Part shown: positions 10,665 to 21,059 of the stretch, one piece after another
Numbering within the stretch: the first letter of the stretch is position 1
Layout of the letters: each line of letters starts with the position of its first letter
Sequence record: DRR723986_1372
Reading direction: 5' to 3' (one strand)
DNA: 64,000 bases
Translations under genes and position numbers: made by a program
Notes under the pieces: generated by a model
What the model saw: only the letters and a program-made list of their open reading frames with translations
Database searches by the model: none
What the model was told of the DNA's origin: nothing

Positions 10665-11114
10665 ATGAAAATCGTTAAAACTTCTTTGATCGCTGCAATC
10701 GCTCTGTTAAGTTCATCCGCAGCGTTCGCTCAGTCAACCACAACTGCAAATTTCTCGGTCTCAACTTCGGTTCTTGCGTTTTGTAAAGTCAGCGCAAACA
10801 ATATCGTAATCGCACCCATCACGGCCGGTGACACCACAGGCCCCAAATCGAGTACAGGTGCTGTAAGCGTTAACTGTACCAATGCAACCACTTACACCCT
10901 GGGCGTTCCTGCAACACTGACCCTCGGTTTGGCTGGTGGCGGGTTTGACATTCCATCCACGCTTGCGATTGCAGCGCCTAGCGGCACTGGTGCAGGTTTT
11001 GGTGCAGGCAAGGCTCAGTCACACACAGTAACCGCGACCATCCAGGAAGCTGCATATGAAAACGCGCGCGCTGGTAACTACTCGGCAACAACAACTGTGA
11101 CATTGACATATTAA
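10665..11114 (+). CDS. Csu/spore-coat-U-type major pilin
   Basis: Signal peptide, two Cys (FCKV, VNCTN), C-terminal AGNYSATTTVTLTY. Confidence 0.85.
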   Translation: MKIVKTSLIAAIALLSSSAAFAQSTTTANFSVSTSVLAFCKVSANNIVIAPITAGDTTGPKSSTGAVSVNCTNATTYTLGVPATLTLGLAGGGFDIPSTLAIAAPSGTGAGFGAGKAQSHTVTATIQEAAYENARAGNYSATTTVTLTY

Positions 11115-11148
11115 TTGTTTCAGGCACATTGTATTAATGCTTAGCACA

Positions 11149-11179
11149 GCCCCGGCCAAGCGCCGGGGTTTTGTTTTTT
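11149..11179 (+). terminator. Hairpin/terminator after the major pilin gene
   Basis: GCCCCGGC-CAAGC-GCCGGGGT followed by a T tract. Confidence 0.75.
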
Positions 11180-11204
11180 ATTAATTACTCTCTGCCACAG
11201 GCCT

Positions 11205-11933
11205 ATGAATATCTGGACAAAAATTTCAGCATTTATTCTGCTTTCAGTCGTCAATTTGACTGCACAGGCAGGCAATTTCACCGTGTCCTCGGTGAATATT
11301 TCCATGCCCTCGCGTCAGCCAACCTATGCTTTGACAATCACCAATGAGTCCACGGACGAACCGCTGTCCATGCAGCTGGATGCGTTTTTGTGGTCGCAAA
11401 AAGATGGCCAGGAAGTTTACGAGGCCAGCAAAGACATTTTGATCAGTCCCAGAGTGTTCAATATCGCGCCGGCAGCCTCTCAAATCGTTCGCATTGCGCT
11501 TCGCAATCGCCAAGACTTTCCTGTTGAACAAACTTACAGATTGTTTGTGAAAGAAATTCCCTCCGAGAAGCCGCTCGAAGAGGGTGGCGTTCGCGTTGCC
11601 TTGCAAATGAATATACCTGTGCACATTGTGCCCTCCAAGGTGGAGAAAAAGCCGCTCGAGTTCAAGTACCTGAAGTTGCCAGACGGAAGTCTGGCATTGA
11701 GCGCGCACAACCCCGGCAATGTGTATGTGAAAGCAGTCGAAGTAAAAATTATTGATACAGCCACAGGTTTGGCACTCGAGTCAGCCCCGCCGGTTATACA
11801 GGTGTTGTCGGGTGCGACTAAGGTGTTCCCTTTGGCTGCAGCAGGCGCAAGCACAGTGCCTGGCAAGACCCTGAAAATTCAAGCAATAGGTGAAGGACTA
11901 TTGATTGATCAAACTGTGTCCTTCGACCATTGA
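11205..11933 (+). CDS. Fimbrial chaperone (CsuC/PapD-like)
   Basis: Signal peptide; WSQ.DG, SP..F.I, QIVRI, EQTYRLFVKEIP, NPGN. Confidence 0.9.
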   Translation: MNIWTKISAFILLSVVNLTAQAGNFTVSSVNISMPSRQPTYALTITNESTDEPLSMQLDAFLWSQKDGQEVYEASKDILISPRVFNIAPAASQIVRIALRNRQDFPVEQTYRLFVKEIPSEKPLEEGGVRVALQMNIPVHIVPSKVEKKPLEFKYLKLPDGSLALSAHNPGNVYVKAVEVKIIDTATGLALESAPPVIQVLSGATKVFPLAAAGASTVPGKTLKIQAIGEGLLIDQTVSFDH

Positions 11934-11950
11934 TTCGGCATTGGTGATCA

Positions 11951-14263
11951 ATGCCTTACTTTTTGCTTATTCTTGGTGCGCTGTTGTTCCAGATCAAGGC
12001 AGCGATCGGGCAGGAAGTACAGGTTAATACCTCGGCATTTCAAGAGTTGGTCGTACAGGTTCGAATTAACGGCACTGATCTTCCCGATCCCTCTGTTGTT
12101 TTGTTTGGTGTCACCAATGATCTGTATGCGCAAGAGCAGGAACTCTCGGTGTGGCGAATTGATTCCAACGGCTTGCCAACAATTGACTATGGTGGTTCTG
12201 TTTACTACAAAGTACCGATCGCCGAGGGTACTACTTATGTACTTGATGAAAAAAATCTTTTTCTGCAATTCAATGCTGCTGCAGAACGCTTTATTTCACG
12301 ATCGATGAGCTACCAGTCGGCCAGCAATCAAGGTACCTTGACTTCGGGCTTCGGTGCCTTTTTTAACTACGACTTGTCCAGTACCACAATTGAGAGTGAT
12401 AATTTTACTTCTGCCTTTTTGGAACCCGCGGTGTTTACGCCATACGGGGTTGGTTCCAGCAACTTTTTCGTCTCCCAATCGCCCACTCAGTCAGGAGCAA
12501 TCCGCCTGAATTCGACTTGGGAAATGGACTTGCCAAATTCTGTGGCTTCACTTCGTTTGGGTGATTCGATATCCAAGGCTGCACCGTGGAGTATTAGTAA
12601 CCGTATTGGCGGTATTCAATACGCCACCAATTTTCGCACCCAGCCCTACTTGACATCCAGCCCGTTGCGGGCTGCGACTGGAATCGCGACGGCGCCTTCC
12701 ACAGTCGAGGTGTTTGTGAATAATGTGCTTCAGTCACGTCGACAGGTGGCACCTGGCCCTTTCAACATTGACAACATCCCTTCAAGCACCGGTGTAGGTG
12801 ATGTACGCGTTGTTATTCGTGATGCCTCTGGACGAGAGCAAATATTGACTCAGTCTTTCTATCAAAGTCCGGGTTTGCTGCGCAACGGTCAGCATGATTT
12901 TTCCTATGAAGTGGGTCAGCTTCGGCGCAATTTTGGACGCGAAGGCAGCGACTACGGAGACTCGCTGATCAGTGCTACGCATCGTTATGGTTTCACTGAT
13001 AATTTCACCGCAGGTTTCCATGCGGAATCTAGCGCAAGCAGCCGCTTGGCGGGTGGTGGCGTAGTGCAGGCTTTGGCTGGTTTTGGTGCGGTTAACTTCG
13101 ATCTGGCTGGCAGCCAGTCGGAACAGGGTTCAGGTACTTTGACAGTGCTCGGTTTTGAGCGACAGGCCCGCACATCTGCCATTGGTGTTCAGTATCAGCA
13201 AGCTTCAGATGACTTCCGCTTGATTTCTGAATTTGGTCCCCAACGCACCACTTCACATGCCTTGAATTCAAGATTTTCCTACGGTTTTGGTGAATTTGGC
13301 GCAGTGTCTTTTACCTATTCATCGTCCGAGTTTGCAGGCATTCCGAACGAAACAATTTCTACCGCTTACTTTTTACAGTTGTTCGGCAAATTATCCATCA
13401 GTTTGTCTTACACCCAATCCTTGCTGGCTGATGGTCAACGCTCTTTTTTCTTGAGCGGTTTCATGCCTTTGGATCAAACACGATCCATGGCCTATCAAGT
13501 CAGCAAGTCGGGCAAGGACAAATTGTTTGCAAGTGCACAGTTTCGTAAAAGCCTGCCTTTGGGGCTAGGAACGGGATATGGCCTGGAGGCTGGTTTGAAC
13601 AACACCTACCGTGCTGAAGTGGCCCGTAATTTCAACTACTCCACGGTGACTGCGTCAGCAACGTCCCAGCAGGGGCAAAGCAGCCAAAGTGTGGGTGCGT
13701 CCGGCAGCGCCGTGTTCATGGATGGTGACGTTTATTTGTCGAGACGCCTGAATGACAGTTTCGGCGTGGTGAGGGTGAAAGGCTTTGAGGGTGTCACTGT
13801 GTTCGCTGAGAACCAGGCGATAGGGAGAACCAATTCAGCCGGCACTTTGGTGGTACCCAATCTAAGATCTTATGAAGACAACCGTATTTCAATTGAACAG
13901 GCAGACTTGCCATTTGAAGTAGAAATTGGCGCAACTGAGCTTGTCGGTGTTCCTTATTACCGAAGTGGGGTGTTACTCGATTTTCCGGTACGACTCGTAC
14001 GATCGGTGACATTTGTCCTGAAGGATGCCGAGGGCAATGATGTACCCTCGGGTGCACCAGTTTTCAAGCGGGATGGCACGCGCATGAACTTGGTTGTCGG
14101 TACTGAAGGCCTGGTTTACTTGGCCGATGCACCAGATGCAGCTGCCTACACTGCGAAATGGAAGGGCGGTGAGTGTAACTTTGAATTTGATTTGAACAAG
14201 AGTGCGCGTAGTAGTGACTCGCCAATTGACCTGGGAATAATGAAATGCTCGACCGTTCATTGA
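11951..14263 (+). CDS. Outer-membrane usher (CsuD-like)
   Basis: 770 aa; LRLGD, GGIQY..NF, PSTVEVFVNN, PGPF, GREQ, C-terminal Cys pair. Confidence 0.92.
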   Translation: MPYFLLILGALLFQIKAAIGQEVQVNTSAFQELVVQVRINGTDLPDPSVVLFGVTNDLYAQEQELSVWRIDSNGLPTIDYGGSVYYKVPIAEGTTYVLDEKNLFLQFNAAAERFISRSMSYQSASNQGTLTSGFGAFFNYDLSSTTIESDNFTSAFLEPAVFTPYGVGSSNFFVSQSPTQSGAIRLNSTWEMDLPNSVASLRLGDSISKAAPWSISNRIGGIQYATNFRTQPYLTSSPLRAATGIATAPSTVEVFVNNVLQSRRQVAPGPFNIDNIPSSTGVGDVRVVIRDASGREQILTQSFYQSPGLLRNGQHDFSYEVGQLRRNFGREGSDYGDSLISATHRYGFTDNFTAGFHAESSASSRLAGGGVVQALAGFGAVNFDLAGSQSEQGSGTLTVLGFERQARTSAIGVQYQQASDDFRLISEFGPQRTTSHALNSRFSYGFGEFGAVSFTYSSSEFAGIPNETISTAYFLQLFGKLSISLSYTQSLLADGQRSFFLSGFMPLDQTRSMAYQVSKSGKDKLFASAQFRKSLPLGLGTGYGLEAGLNNTYRAEVARNFNYSTVTASATSQQGQSSQSVGASGSAVFMDGDVYLSRRLNDSFGVVRVKGFEGVTVFAENQAIGRTNSAGTLVVPNLRSYEDNRISIEQADLPFEVEIGATELVGVPYYRSGVLLDFPVRLVRSVTFVLKDAEGNDVPSGAPVFKRDGTRMNLVVGTEGLVYLADAPDAAAYTAKWKGGECNFEFDLNKSARSSDSPIDLGIMKCSTVH

Positions 14264-14778
14264 ACACATTTTTTTCAGTACTTCTGGCAGTGGCCGGGCT
14301 CGGGTTGTTGGGTGGCGAGGCTCATGCAGGCGAAGTCAGCTCATGCTCAGTGGGAGGCGGTACCCTGGCATTTGGAAACTATCAGCCCTCCAATGGCAAC
14401 AGGACCACCGTGGGTAGTGTACAAATGAGTTGTACTTGTAGGGGTATCAGCACGACGACTGTTTCGGGTAGCACCTTTGTCGCCTTGTCAGGTTCGTCCA
14501 GCAACGCAAGTAGGCTGCTACACAATCTGGGTAGTACGTTGACCTATGGCATTTACTCTGATGCGAACTACAGTAATGTTTACCCCAGCGTGGCAGGCTC
14601 CGCTGTGTTTTCATTCACAGGCAATTGTCCGCTTGGTTTGGGCAACTCACAGAAACCACTTTCATTTAGTACCCCACCCACCTTCACGCTGTATGGGCGA
14701 ATACTGGATGTGGGTAACAATCTGAATGCCAGCGCGGGTTTGTACTCAGGTACCTTGACCTTGACGATCAGCTACTGA
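14245..14778 (+). CDS. Spore-coat-U domain minor pilin
   Basis: CSV..LAFGNY, C-x-C, YGIYSDA, LYGRI, AGLYSGTLTLTISY. Confidence 0.8.
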   Translation: MLDRSLNTFFSVLLAVAGLGLLGGEAHAGEVSSCSVGGGTLAFGNYQPSNGNRTTVGSVQMSCTCRGISTTTVSGSTFVALSGSSSNASRLLHNLGSTLTYGIYSDANYSNVYPSVAGSAVFSFTGNCPLGLGNSQKPLSFSTPPTFTLYGRILDVGNNLNASAGLYSGTLTLTISY

Positions 14779-14797
14779 CATGGCTGAGGAGAAAAAA

Positions 14798-15421
14798 ATG
14801 GGTTTATTTCACAAATTATCAGCCATCACAGCCATGTTGTTTGTGATGCAGGGTTCGCTTGCGAACGCACAAACCGCGATTGCGAATCCACGCGTTTCTG
14901 TTGAAATTGGCGCAACAACAACCGCATCTGCAGTCACTCAGCCTGCCATTGTGACAATCGTAAAATCGTCCACAGCCTCCGGCAATTCAAGCCGTAATAA
15001 CGGCAATGGTCGTGGACTTGAAATTAGTTACACTTCAACAATTGTGGGTGGTTGCCAAGGAGCGACTTCAGAGGGCTGTTTTTCTATCCGAACCAACACA
15101 ACTCCGATTGTTTCTATTCCCCTGAATTTTGTGAACAATCGACTCAGTATGTTGAAGGGCAGCAAAATTCATTACCTTGATGATCAGGTCAATAGTGTTT
15201 CTGTCAGCCTCTTCCAAGACAGCACACAAATTGGAAAATCAGTCAGTCTGTCTCCTGGTGGGGCCGGAGTAATTACATTCAACATGGACGATGTTGATCA
15301 GTTATTAACACGTGAATTTAGAATTGTGTATCAGCTCGACCTTAAAACCCAACCTGAAGACGGAACCTACACAGGAACGTGGCCTATCATTCTGGGCACC
15401 ATCAGTCTGATTAATCCTTAA
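14798..15421 (+). CDS. Secreted pilin-like hypothetical protein
   Basis: RBS GAGGAG before ATG 14798 (alternative start 14780); signal peptide ANA-Q; Cys pair; PEDGTYTGTW end. Confidence 0.65.
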   Translation: MGLFHKLSAITAMLFVMQGSLANAQTAIANPRVSVEIGATTTASAVTQPAIVTIVKSSTASGNSSRNNGNGRGLEISYTSTIVGGCQGATSEGCFSIRTNTTPIVSIPLNFVNNRLSMLKGSKIHYLDDQVNSVSVSLFQDSTQIGKSVSLSPGGAGVITFNMDDVDQLLTREFRIVYQLDLKTQPEDGTYTGTWPIILGTISLINP

Positions 15422-15786
15422 TGTTTCCAGTTTCTGTTTTATTTGTTTCGATATTCTTTGTCGGCGCAGGCATTTTGCATTTTGTATTGCTGGATTTTTT
15501 CTCCAGTATCGTGCCGCCGTACCTCAGTAACCCGGATGCCCTGGTCAAAATCAGTGGTGTTTTCGAGATTATGGGTGGTCTGGGCATTCTGTTTGAACGC
15601 ACCCGCAAATGGGCCGCTTATGGATTGATGGCGCTTTGCGTGGCTGTGCTGCCCGCCAACATTCACATGGCCATGAACCCTGAACAGTTCGCCGATATTC
15701 CGGTGTTGCTGCTGTACTTGCGCCTGCCGCTGCAGGCTTTGGTCATTTGGGTGATCTGGAAAGCAGGCCGCAGCCGACACGCTTAA
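15421..15786 (+). CDS. DoxX family membrane protein
   Basis: AGILHF, VPPYL, SGVFEI, PANIHMA, LRLPLQ. Confidence 0.85.
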   Translation: MFPVSVLFVSIFFVGAGILHFVLLDFFSSIVPPYLSNPDALVKISGVFEIMGGLGILFERTRKWAAYGLMALCVAVLPANIHMAMNPEQFADIPVLLLYLRLPLQALVIWVIWKAGRSRHA

Positions 15787-15856
15787 AAATAGAATATCGA
15801 TTACAGTTCTCTGCGGTACACTTGAAAAAAAATACAACGCAGAGGAGACGGAAACG

Positions 15857-17497
15857 ATGTTAAAGGCCGGTTTGATGATGAAGCAGGAAATGCTGCTTTC
15901 ATCAATTTTGGTGCATGCCGAACGTTTTTACGGTTGGCAAGAAGTGGTAAGCCGCAGGGTTGAAGGTGACCTGCACCGAATCACCTTCAAGGCCATGGCA
16001 GCGCGGGCAAGACAACTTGCCAACGCCTTGCATGGCTTGAACATTCAGCAAGGCGAGAACATTGCCACGATCGCCTGGAACAGTCATCGCCACATTGAAA
16101 TCTATTATGCGGTGGCGGGTATGGGTGCTGTAACACACACCTTGAACCCCAGATACACACCACAGCAGTTGATCTACATCATCAACCACGCGCAAGACAC
16201 CACTATTTTTTTCGACCTCACCTTTGCACCCTTGATCAAGGCGATTGCACCGCATTGCCCCAGTGTTAAGAACTGGATTTTATTGATCGATGAAGACAAG
16301 ATGCCTGCAGATCCACCCGTGGCTGGCCTGTTGAATTACGAGGCCTTGCTGAAAGCGCAGAATGACGAGTACGTGTGGCCCGAATTTGATGAAAACTCAG
16401 CCTGTACCTTGTGTTACACCTCGGGTACCACCGGCAACCCAAAAGGCATCTTGTATTCGCACCGGTCAACCATGTTGCACGCGATGATGTCGAACTGTGC
16501 CGATGCGATTGCGCTGACCCGAAAGGACACGGTTCTTCCCGTGGTGCCGATGTTCCATGTGAATGCCTGGGGCTTGCCCTATGCCGCGTTGATGACAGGT
16601 TGCAAACTGGTCATGCCTGGCCCACAACTGGATGGCCCATCCATTTATGACCTGCTCGAGCGCGAGCGGGTCACCGTGGCGGCGGGTGTTCCTACCATCT
16701 GGCTGGGATTGATCAATCACATGAAGCAAAACGGACTCTCATTCAGCACCTTGAAACGCTCGCTGGTGGGTGGCTCGGCAGTCCCTGTGAGTTTGATCAA
16801 AGAGTTTGACGAAATGGGTGTTGAGCTGATGCAGGGTTGGGGCAGCACAGAAATGTCGCCCTTGGGCACTGTGTCCAAGCTGAGCGGTGATGAGCGCAGT
16901 TTGCCCAAACAGGAGCAATACGAGATTGTCGCCAAGCAAGGGCGCACCATTTTTGGCGTGGACATGAAATTGCTGGCTGAAGATGGCACTGAATTGCCCT
17001 GGGATTTTGAGCAAAGCGGCGAGTTGCATGTGCGTGGCCACTGGGTATTGCACGAGTACTATGGTGGTGATGGCGCCAAAGCATTCAGCCATGATGCCAC
17101 GGGCAAGCGTTGGTTTGCGACAGGCGATGTGGCCCGGATGGCACCTGATGGCCTGATGCAGATTACCGATCGCACCAAAGATGTGATCAAGTCGGGTGGT
17201 GAGTGGATTAGTTCAATCGATTTGGAGAACATTGCCATGTCTCACCCGGCGGTGCTTCAGTCTGCGGTGATCGCCATTCCGCATGAAAAGTGGAATGAGC
17301 GACCGTTCTTGATTGTTGTGAAGCGTCCCGGTATGGAGGTAAGCAAGCAAGACATTCTGAATTTCTATGAAGGCCGCATTACCAAAATGCACATTCCCGA
17401 TGATGTGGAGTTTGTCGATGCCATGCCAATTGGTGCTACTGGCAAAGTGCAGAAGTCGGAGTTGCGGGAGCGATTCAAAGGTTTGAGATTTGTGTAA
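15857..17497 (+). CDS. Fatty-acid/3-methylmercaptopropionate--CoA ligase (AlkK/DmdB-like)
   Basis: [43 protein letters not shown]. Confidence 0.9.
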   Translation: MLKAGLMMKQEMLLSSILVHAERFYGWQEVVSRRVEGDLHRITFKAMAARARQLANALHGLNIQQGENIATIAWNSHRHIEIYYAVAGMGAVTHTLNPRYTPQQLIYIINHAQDTTIFFDLTFAPLIKAIAPHCPSVKNWILLIDEDKMPADPPVAGLLNYEALLKAQNDEYVWPEFDENSACTLCYTSGTTGNPKGILYSHRSTMLHAMMSNCADAIALTRKDTVLPVVPMFHVNAWGLPYAALMTGCKLVMPGPQLDGPSIYDLLERERVTVAAGVPTIWLGLINHMKQNGLSFSTLKRSLVGGSAVPVSLIKEFDEMGVELMQGWGSTEMSPLGTVSKLSGDERSLPKQEQYEIVAKQGRTIFGVDMKLLAEDGTELPWDFEQSGELHVRGHWVLHEYYGGDGAKAFSHDATGKRWFATGDVARMAPDGLMQITDRTKDVIKSGGEWISSIDLENIAMSHPAVLQSAVIAIPHEKWNERPFLIVVKRPGMEVSKQDILNFYEGRITKMHIPDDVEFVDAMPIGATGKVQKSELRERFKGLRFV

Positions 17498-17613
17498 GTG
17501 CGACAGAAGGTATAAGGAAAGTTAAATTGTAAAATGAGTGTTATTTAATGGTTTAACTTTCCTGACTTTGCTTTATCCTTGCCCTTTGTCAATCAAGATG
17601 GGGCAATTCAAGC

Positions 17614-18462
17614 ATGTTGCGTTTGTTCATTTCCGGGTTTTTGTTGATGACCGCAATGCTGGCCCAGGCTCAGCAGCCACATTCACAGCAACCGGTCTAC
17701 AGGTTTTCTCCTGTTAACCAGTGGGACATTCCCAAGACCGCCGCCTACTGGAATCCAATTATCCAATATGTCAGCCAGCAAAGTGGTGTTCAGCTTGAAC
17801 TGAAAATCGGCAGAACTTCCGCCGACACTACAGCCTATGTGCTGGCGCAAGAAGTCGAGTTTGTGTTTTCCAACCATCTGTTCAGTCCCGAGCGTGACAA
17901 GCTGGGCTGGAAGGTGTTTGGGCGACGCACTGGTCCTGCCCTGCAGGGGCAAATCGCTGTGCTCGACAATTCACCGATTCGCACGCTGGAGGAGCTGGAC
18001 AAGCAAGATATGGTGTTTGCTGGTCCCGAGGCTTTTGTGGGCTACCGGGTGCCTCAAGCTGAATTGCTGAGTCGTGGTGTCGAAGTGAATGCTGTATTTG
18101 CAGGAAACCAGAATGCAGCGTTTGCTCAGTTGATGGCAGGTAAAGCGAAAGCAGTGGGCAGCAATTCTGCCCTGATCGACGGATTCACTGAAAAGCAAGG
18201 CACCAAATTCAGGGTACTTTGGACCTCAGAGTCCTATCTGGATTTGGCGCTGATGGCGTCCAGCAAGGTGAGCACCAAAGATGTACGTGCTGTTGCCAAC
18301 GCCTTTGTCAACATGCACAAAAGCAAGGCGGGCGCCTTGATTTTGAAACAGGCGTCGGAGTCGGTGGGTATGGATCCGAACAGCCACTTCCTGTCGGCGA
18401 CCGACAAAGACTACGAAAATTACCGCCGGTTTTATGCCACTGCACCCATGGCGGTGCGTTAA
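17614..18462 (+). CDS. Phosphate/phosphite/phosphonate-binding-protein family (PhnD-like) periplasmic protein
   Basis: Signal peptide; YWNPII.YV, SPIRTLEEL, C-terminal ATDKDYE.YR. Confidence 0.75.
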   Translation: MLRLFISGFLLMTAMLAQAQQPHSQQPVYRFSPVNQWDIPKTAAYWNPIIQYVSQQSGVQLELKIGRTSADTTAYVLAQEVEFVFSNHLFSPERDKLGWKVFGRRTGPALQGQIAVLDNSPIRTLEELDKQDMVFAGPEAFVGYRVPQAELLSRGVEVNAVFAGNQNAAFAQLMAGKAKAVGSNSALIDGFTEKQGTKFRVLWTSESYLDLALMASSKVSTKDVRAVANAFVNMHKSKAGALILKQASESVGMDPNSHFLSATDKDYENYRRFYATAPMAVR

Positions 18463-18481
18463 TGCCTGACTGTTTGTTGTA

Positions 18482-19903
18482 ATGAAGCTGATCCGTTTAT
18501 TGCCATCGTCCCTGATTGGTCGCGTGTTCTTGTTGTACACCGTGGCTTTGCTCTTGTTCGTGTCGCTCAGTTTTATTGCCTTCTCGCGTTTTCAATACCA
18601 CAGCACTCTCGAAGAGGCGCAAGACTCGGCCAACATGATGATTGAGGTGGTGGCGCAAACGGTGGCTGACAGCGCGGTAATCGGCGATTACGACACCATT
18701 CAGCGCACTTTGAACAAGGCGATTGCAGGTTCCCGGTTTGCTTCAGCCAAGTATATTGATTTGACTGGCGGCCTCATTCGAAGCGAAAACTCCAGTATTT
18801 TAAAGAGCACCGCGCCCACGTGGTTGCGCGACAAGGTGGCCGAGCAACTTTACGATGTGAACCGGGCCATCAATGCTGGCGGTTATGACTATGGTGTGTT
18901 GCGTTTTACTTTTGCAGTGGATGAGATCGCAGAAGGTTTTTGGGGGTTGATCCGCGTGGCCATGCTCAGCGCGATCGGTGGCTTGCTGGGCGGCATGTTG
19001 ATCATCTGGTTCCCTCTGAAACGTTGGTTGGGTGCGCTTGAACGTGTTGAAAAATTCGATGCCACGCCGTCCAGTTCAGCCAGTGAAGGTTCAGAGTTGT
19101 TGATTGAAAATCTACCGACCGAGTTTCGACCTGCTTTTGAGAAGTTGAAACGCACCACCGAGCACCTCGACGATGAGTCCAGAGCCAAGGAAATGGCAGA
19201 GAGTGCCAACCGCGCCAAAAGCGAATTTCTGGCCAACATGAGTCATGAAATTCGAACCCCGCTCAACGGCATTATTGGCATGACAGAACTTGCGCTGGAA
19301 ACCAAGCTCACCAAGGTTCAACGGGAGTTTTTGCAAGTCGCAAACGACTCGGCCAACACCTTGTTGTTGATCGTCAATGAAATCCTAGACTTCTCGAAAA
19401 TTGAAGCGGGCATGATGACGATTGACACGGTCGCATTTGATCCGCGGCGAGTTTTTGAGCAGGCACTGGTTCCCATGATTCCACGGGCCAGATCAAAAAG
19501 CCTGGAGTTGCAATGCACTTTTTCAGAAGGGTTCCCAAAAGAATTTGTAGGCGACCCGGTACGCCTTCTGCAAATCATCAACAATATGGTGGGCAATGCA
19601 ATCAAGTTCACTGAACGGGGTGGTGTATATGTGCATGTGCAGGCTGGCAAAAACATGCAGGGCGTTCAATTGCTGAAATGCTCGATTCGAGACACTGGAA
19701 TTGGTGTGCCATTTGAGAAGGTCAATTCAATATTCAAACCCTTCGAGCAGGCGGACTCGTCAATTACCCGTACTTTTGGGGGTACGGGTCTGGGGCTTAC
19801 CATCACACGAAGACTGGTGGAATTGATGCATGGGGAAGTGTGGCTGGAGAGTCAGGTGGGTGTCGGTAGCACCTTCCATTTCTCTCTGCCAGAAATGCGT
19901 TAA
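18482..19903 (+). CDS. Membrane sensor histidine kinase (no receiver domain)
   Basis: Two TM segments; KSEFLANMSHEIRTPLNGI; GNAIKFT, DTGIG, FEQAD, GGTGLGL; ends after HATPase. Confidence 0.9.
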   Translation: MKLIRLLPSSLIGRVFLLYTVALLLFVSLSFIAFSRFQYHSTLEEAQDSANMMIEVVAQTVADSAVIGDYDTIQRTLNKAIAGSRFASAKYIDLTGGLIRSENSSILKSTAPTWLRDKVAEQLYDVNRAINAGGYDYGVLRFTFAVDEIAEGFWGLIRVAMLSAIGGLLGGMLIIWFPLKRWLGALERVEKFDATPSSSASEGSELLIENLPTEFRPAFEKLKRTTEHLDDESRAKEMAESANRAKSEFLANMSHEIRTPLNGIIGMTELALETKLTKVQREFLQVANDSANTLLLIVNEILDFSKIEAGMMTIDTVAFDPRRVFEQALVPMIPRARSKSLELQCTFSEGFPKEFVGDPVRLLQIINNMVGNAIKFTERGGVYVHVQAGKNMQGVQLLKCSIRDTGIGVPFEKVNSIFKPFEQADSSITRTFGGTGLGLTITRRLVELMHGEVWLESQVGVGSTFHFSLPEMR

Positions 19904-19913
19904 TCGGTAGTAA

Positions 19914-20516
19914 TTAGCGACTAGCTTTGGGTCCCCACAATTCTTCAAGCCGTTTGTCCCGACCACAGCCGTTGCGGTAATAGCCATAGCGAACAGGGTT
20001 TTTAATGTAGTAGTCCTGGTGGTATTCCTCGGCGGGATAAAATTTCACCACTGGTGCAACTTCCGTGTAAATGGTTTTGAATTTGCCTGTGGCCTGCAAT
20101 TTGGCTTTGCTGGCCTCAGCCACTTTTTTCTGCTCTTCATTGAGGTAATAGAACCCGCTTCGGTATTGGGTACCACTGTCGCAAAACTGGCGGTTCTTGA
20201 CGGTGGGGTCGATGGTTTTCCAGAAGTACTCCACCAACTGGCTGTAGCTTACTTTCGTGTCATCGTAGGTCACCTCAACCACCTCGGTGTGGTCTGTGCG
20301 GCCAGCACTGACTACCTTGTAGTCGGGGTCTTTGTATTGCCCGCCGGCATAGCCCGAAATCGTTTTCAACACACCGGGTACTTTGTCAAAGTCGGCTTCG
20401 GTGCACCAAAAGCAGCCGCCGCCAAACACTGCGGTTTTTGTTTCAGCCTGCGCGCCGGTTGCTGCAAGCAAGCCCAAGGCTACGGCCAGGGTTGTTTTGA
20501 GTTTCATAGATGTCAT
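19914..20516 (-). CDS. msrA: Peptide-methionine (S)-S-oxide reductase, exported
   Basis: GGCFWC, AEEYHQDYY; signal peptide AQA. Confidence 0.95.
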   Translation of the reverse strand: MTSMKLKTTLAVALGLLAATGAQAETKTAVFGGGCFWCTEADFDKVPGVLKTISGYAGGQYKDPDYKVVSAGRTDHTEVVEVTYDDTKVSYSQLVEYFWKTIDPTVKNRQFCDSGTQYRSGFYYLNEEQKKVAEASKAKLQATGKFKTIYTEVAPVVKFYPAEEYHQDYYIKNPVRYGYYRNGCGRDKRLEELWGPKASR

Positions 20517-20520
20517 TTTT

Positions 20521-21024
20521 TTACGCCTTGCGCACTGCGGGTAATGTTTGTCCTTCGGGAACGAACGCTAGGGCCAAACCGTTGTTGCAATAGCGCTTAC
20601 CGGTTGGGGCCGGGCCATCGTCAAACACATGACCCTGGTGGCCTCCGCAATTGATACAGTGATATTCCGTGCGCGGCAAAATCAGTTTGTAATCGGTTTT
20701 GGTACCCAAGGTGCCCTTGTTGGCGTCAAAGAAACTTGGCCAACCCGTGCCACTGTCGTATTTGTACTGGGAGGGGAACAGCGGAAGGTTACACGCTGCA
20801 CACACATAGGTTCCCTTGCGTTTCTCATCATTCAAAGGGCTTGAGAATGGGCGCTCTGTGGCCTCTTTGAACAGCACGTTGTACTGGTCTTTCTTGATGA
20901 TTTTCAGCCATTCAGCTTCGGTTTTGTTCAGTTTGTTCATACTGGCAATTGCACTCATGGGTTTCGTGATCATCAGTCCTGCGCCCAAGGCGGCAAGTCC
21001 TGCTAACAGGGTACGACGTTGCAT
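20521..21024 (-). CDS. msrB: Peptide-methionine (R)-S-oxide reductase, Tat-exported
   Basis: QRRTLL signal; two CxxC; SGTGWPSF, HQGHVFDDGP, RYCNN. Confidence 0.95.
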   Translation of the reverse strand: MQRRTLLAGLAALGAGLMITKPMSAIASMNKLNKTEAEWLKIIKKDQYNVLFKEATERPFSSPLNDEKRKGTYVCAACNLPLFPSQYKYDSGTGWPSFFDANKGTLGTKTDYKLILPRTEYHCINCGGHQGHVFDDGPAPTGKRYCNNGLALAFVPEGQTLPAVRKA

Positions 21025-21059
21025 GTTTGTGTTTCCTTTTTTAATCACTCAATCAATAT

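Noticed and set aside
10218-15800. Integrative element at tRNA-Arg carrying the pilus operon
   Set aside because: No integrase and no duplicate of the tRNA 3' end found by eye; only the AT-rich leader hints at acquisition
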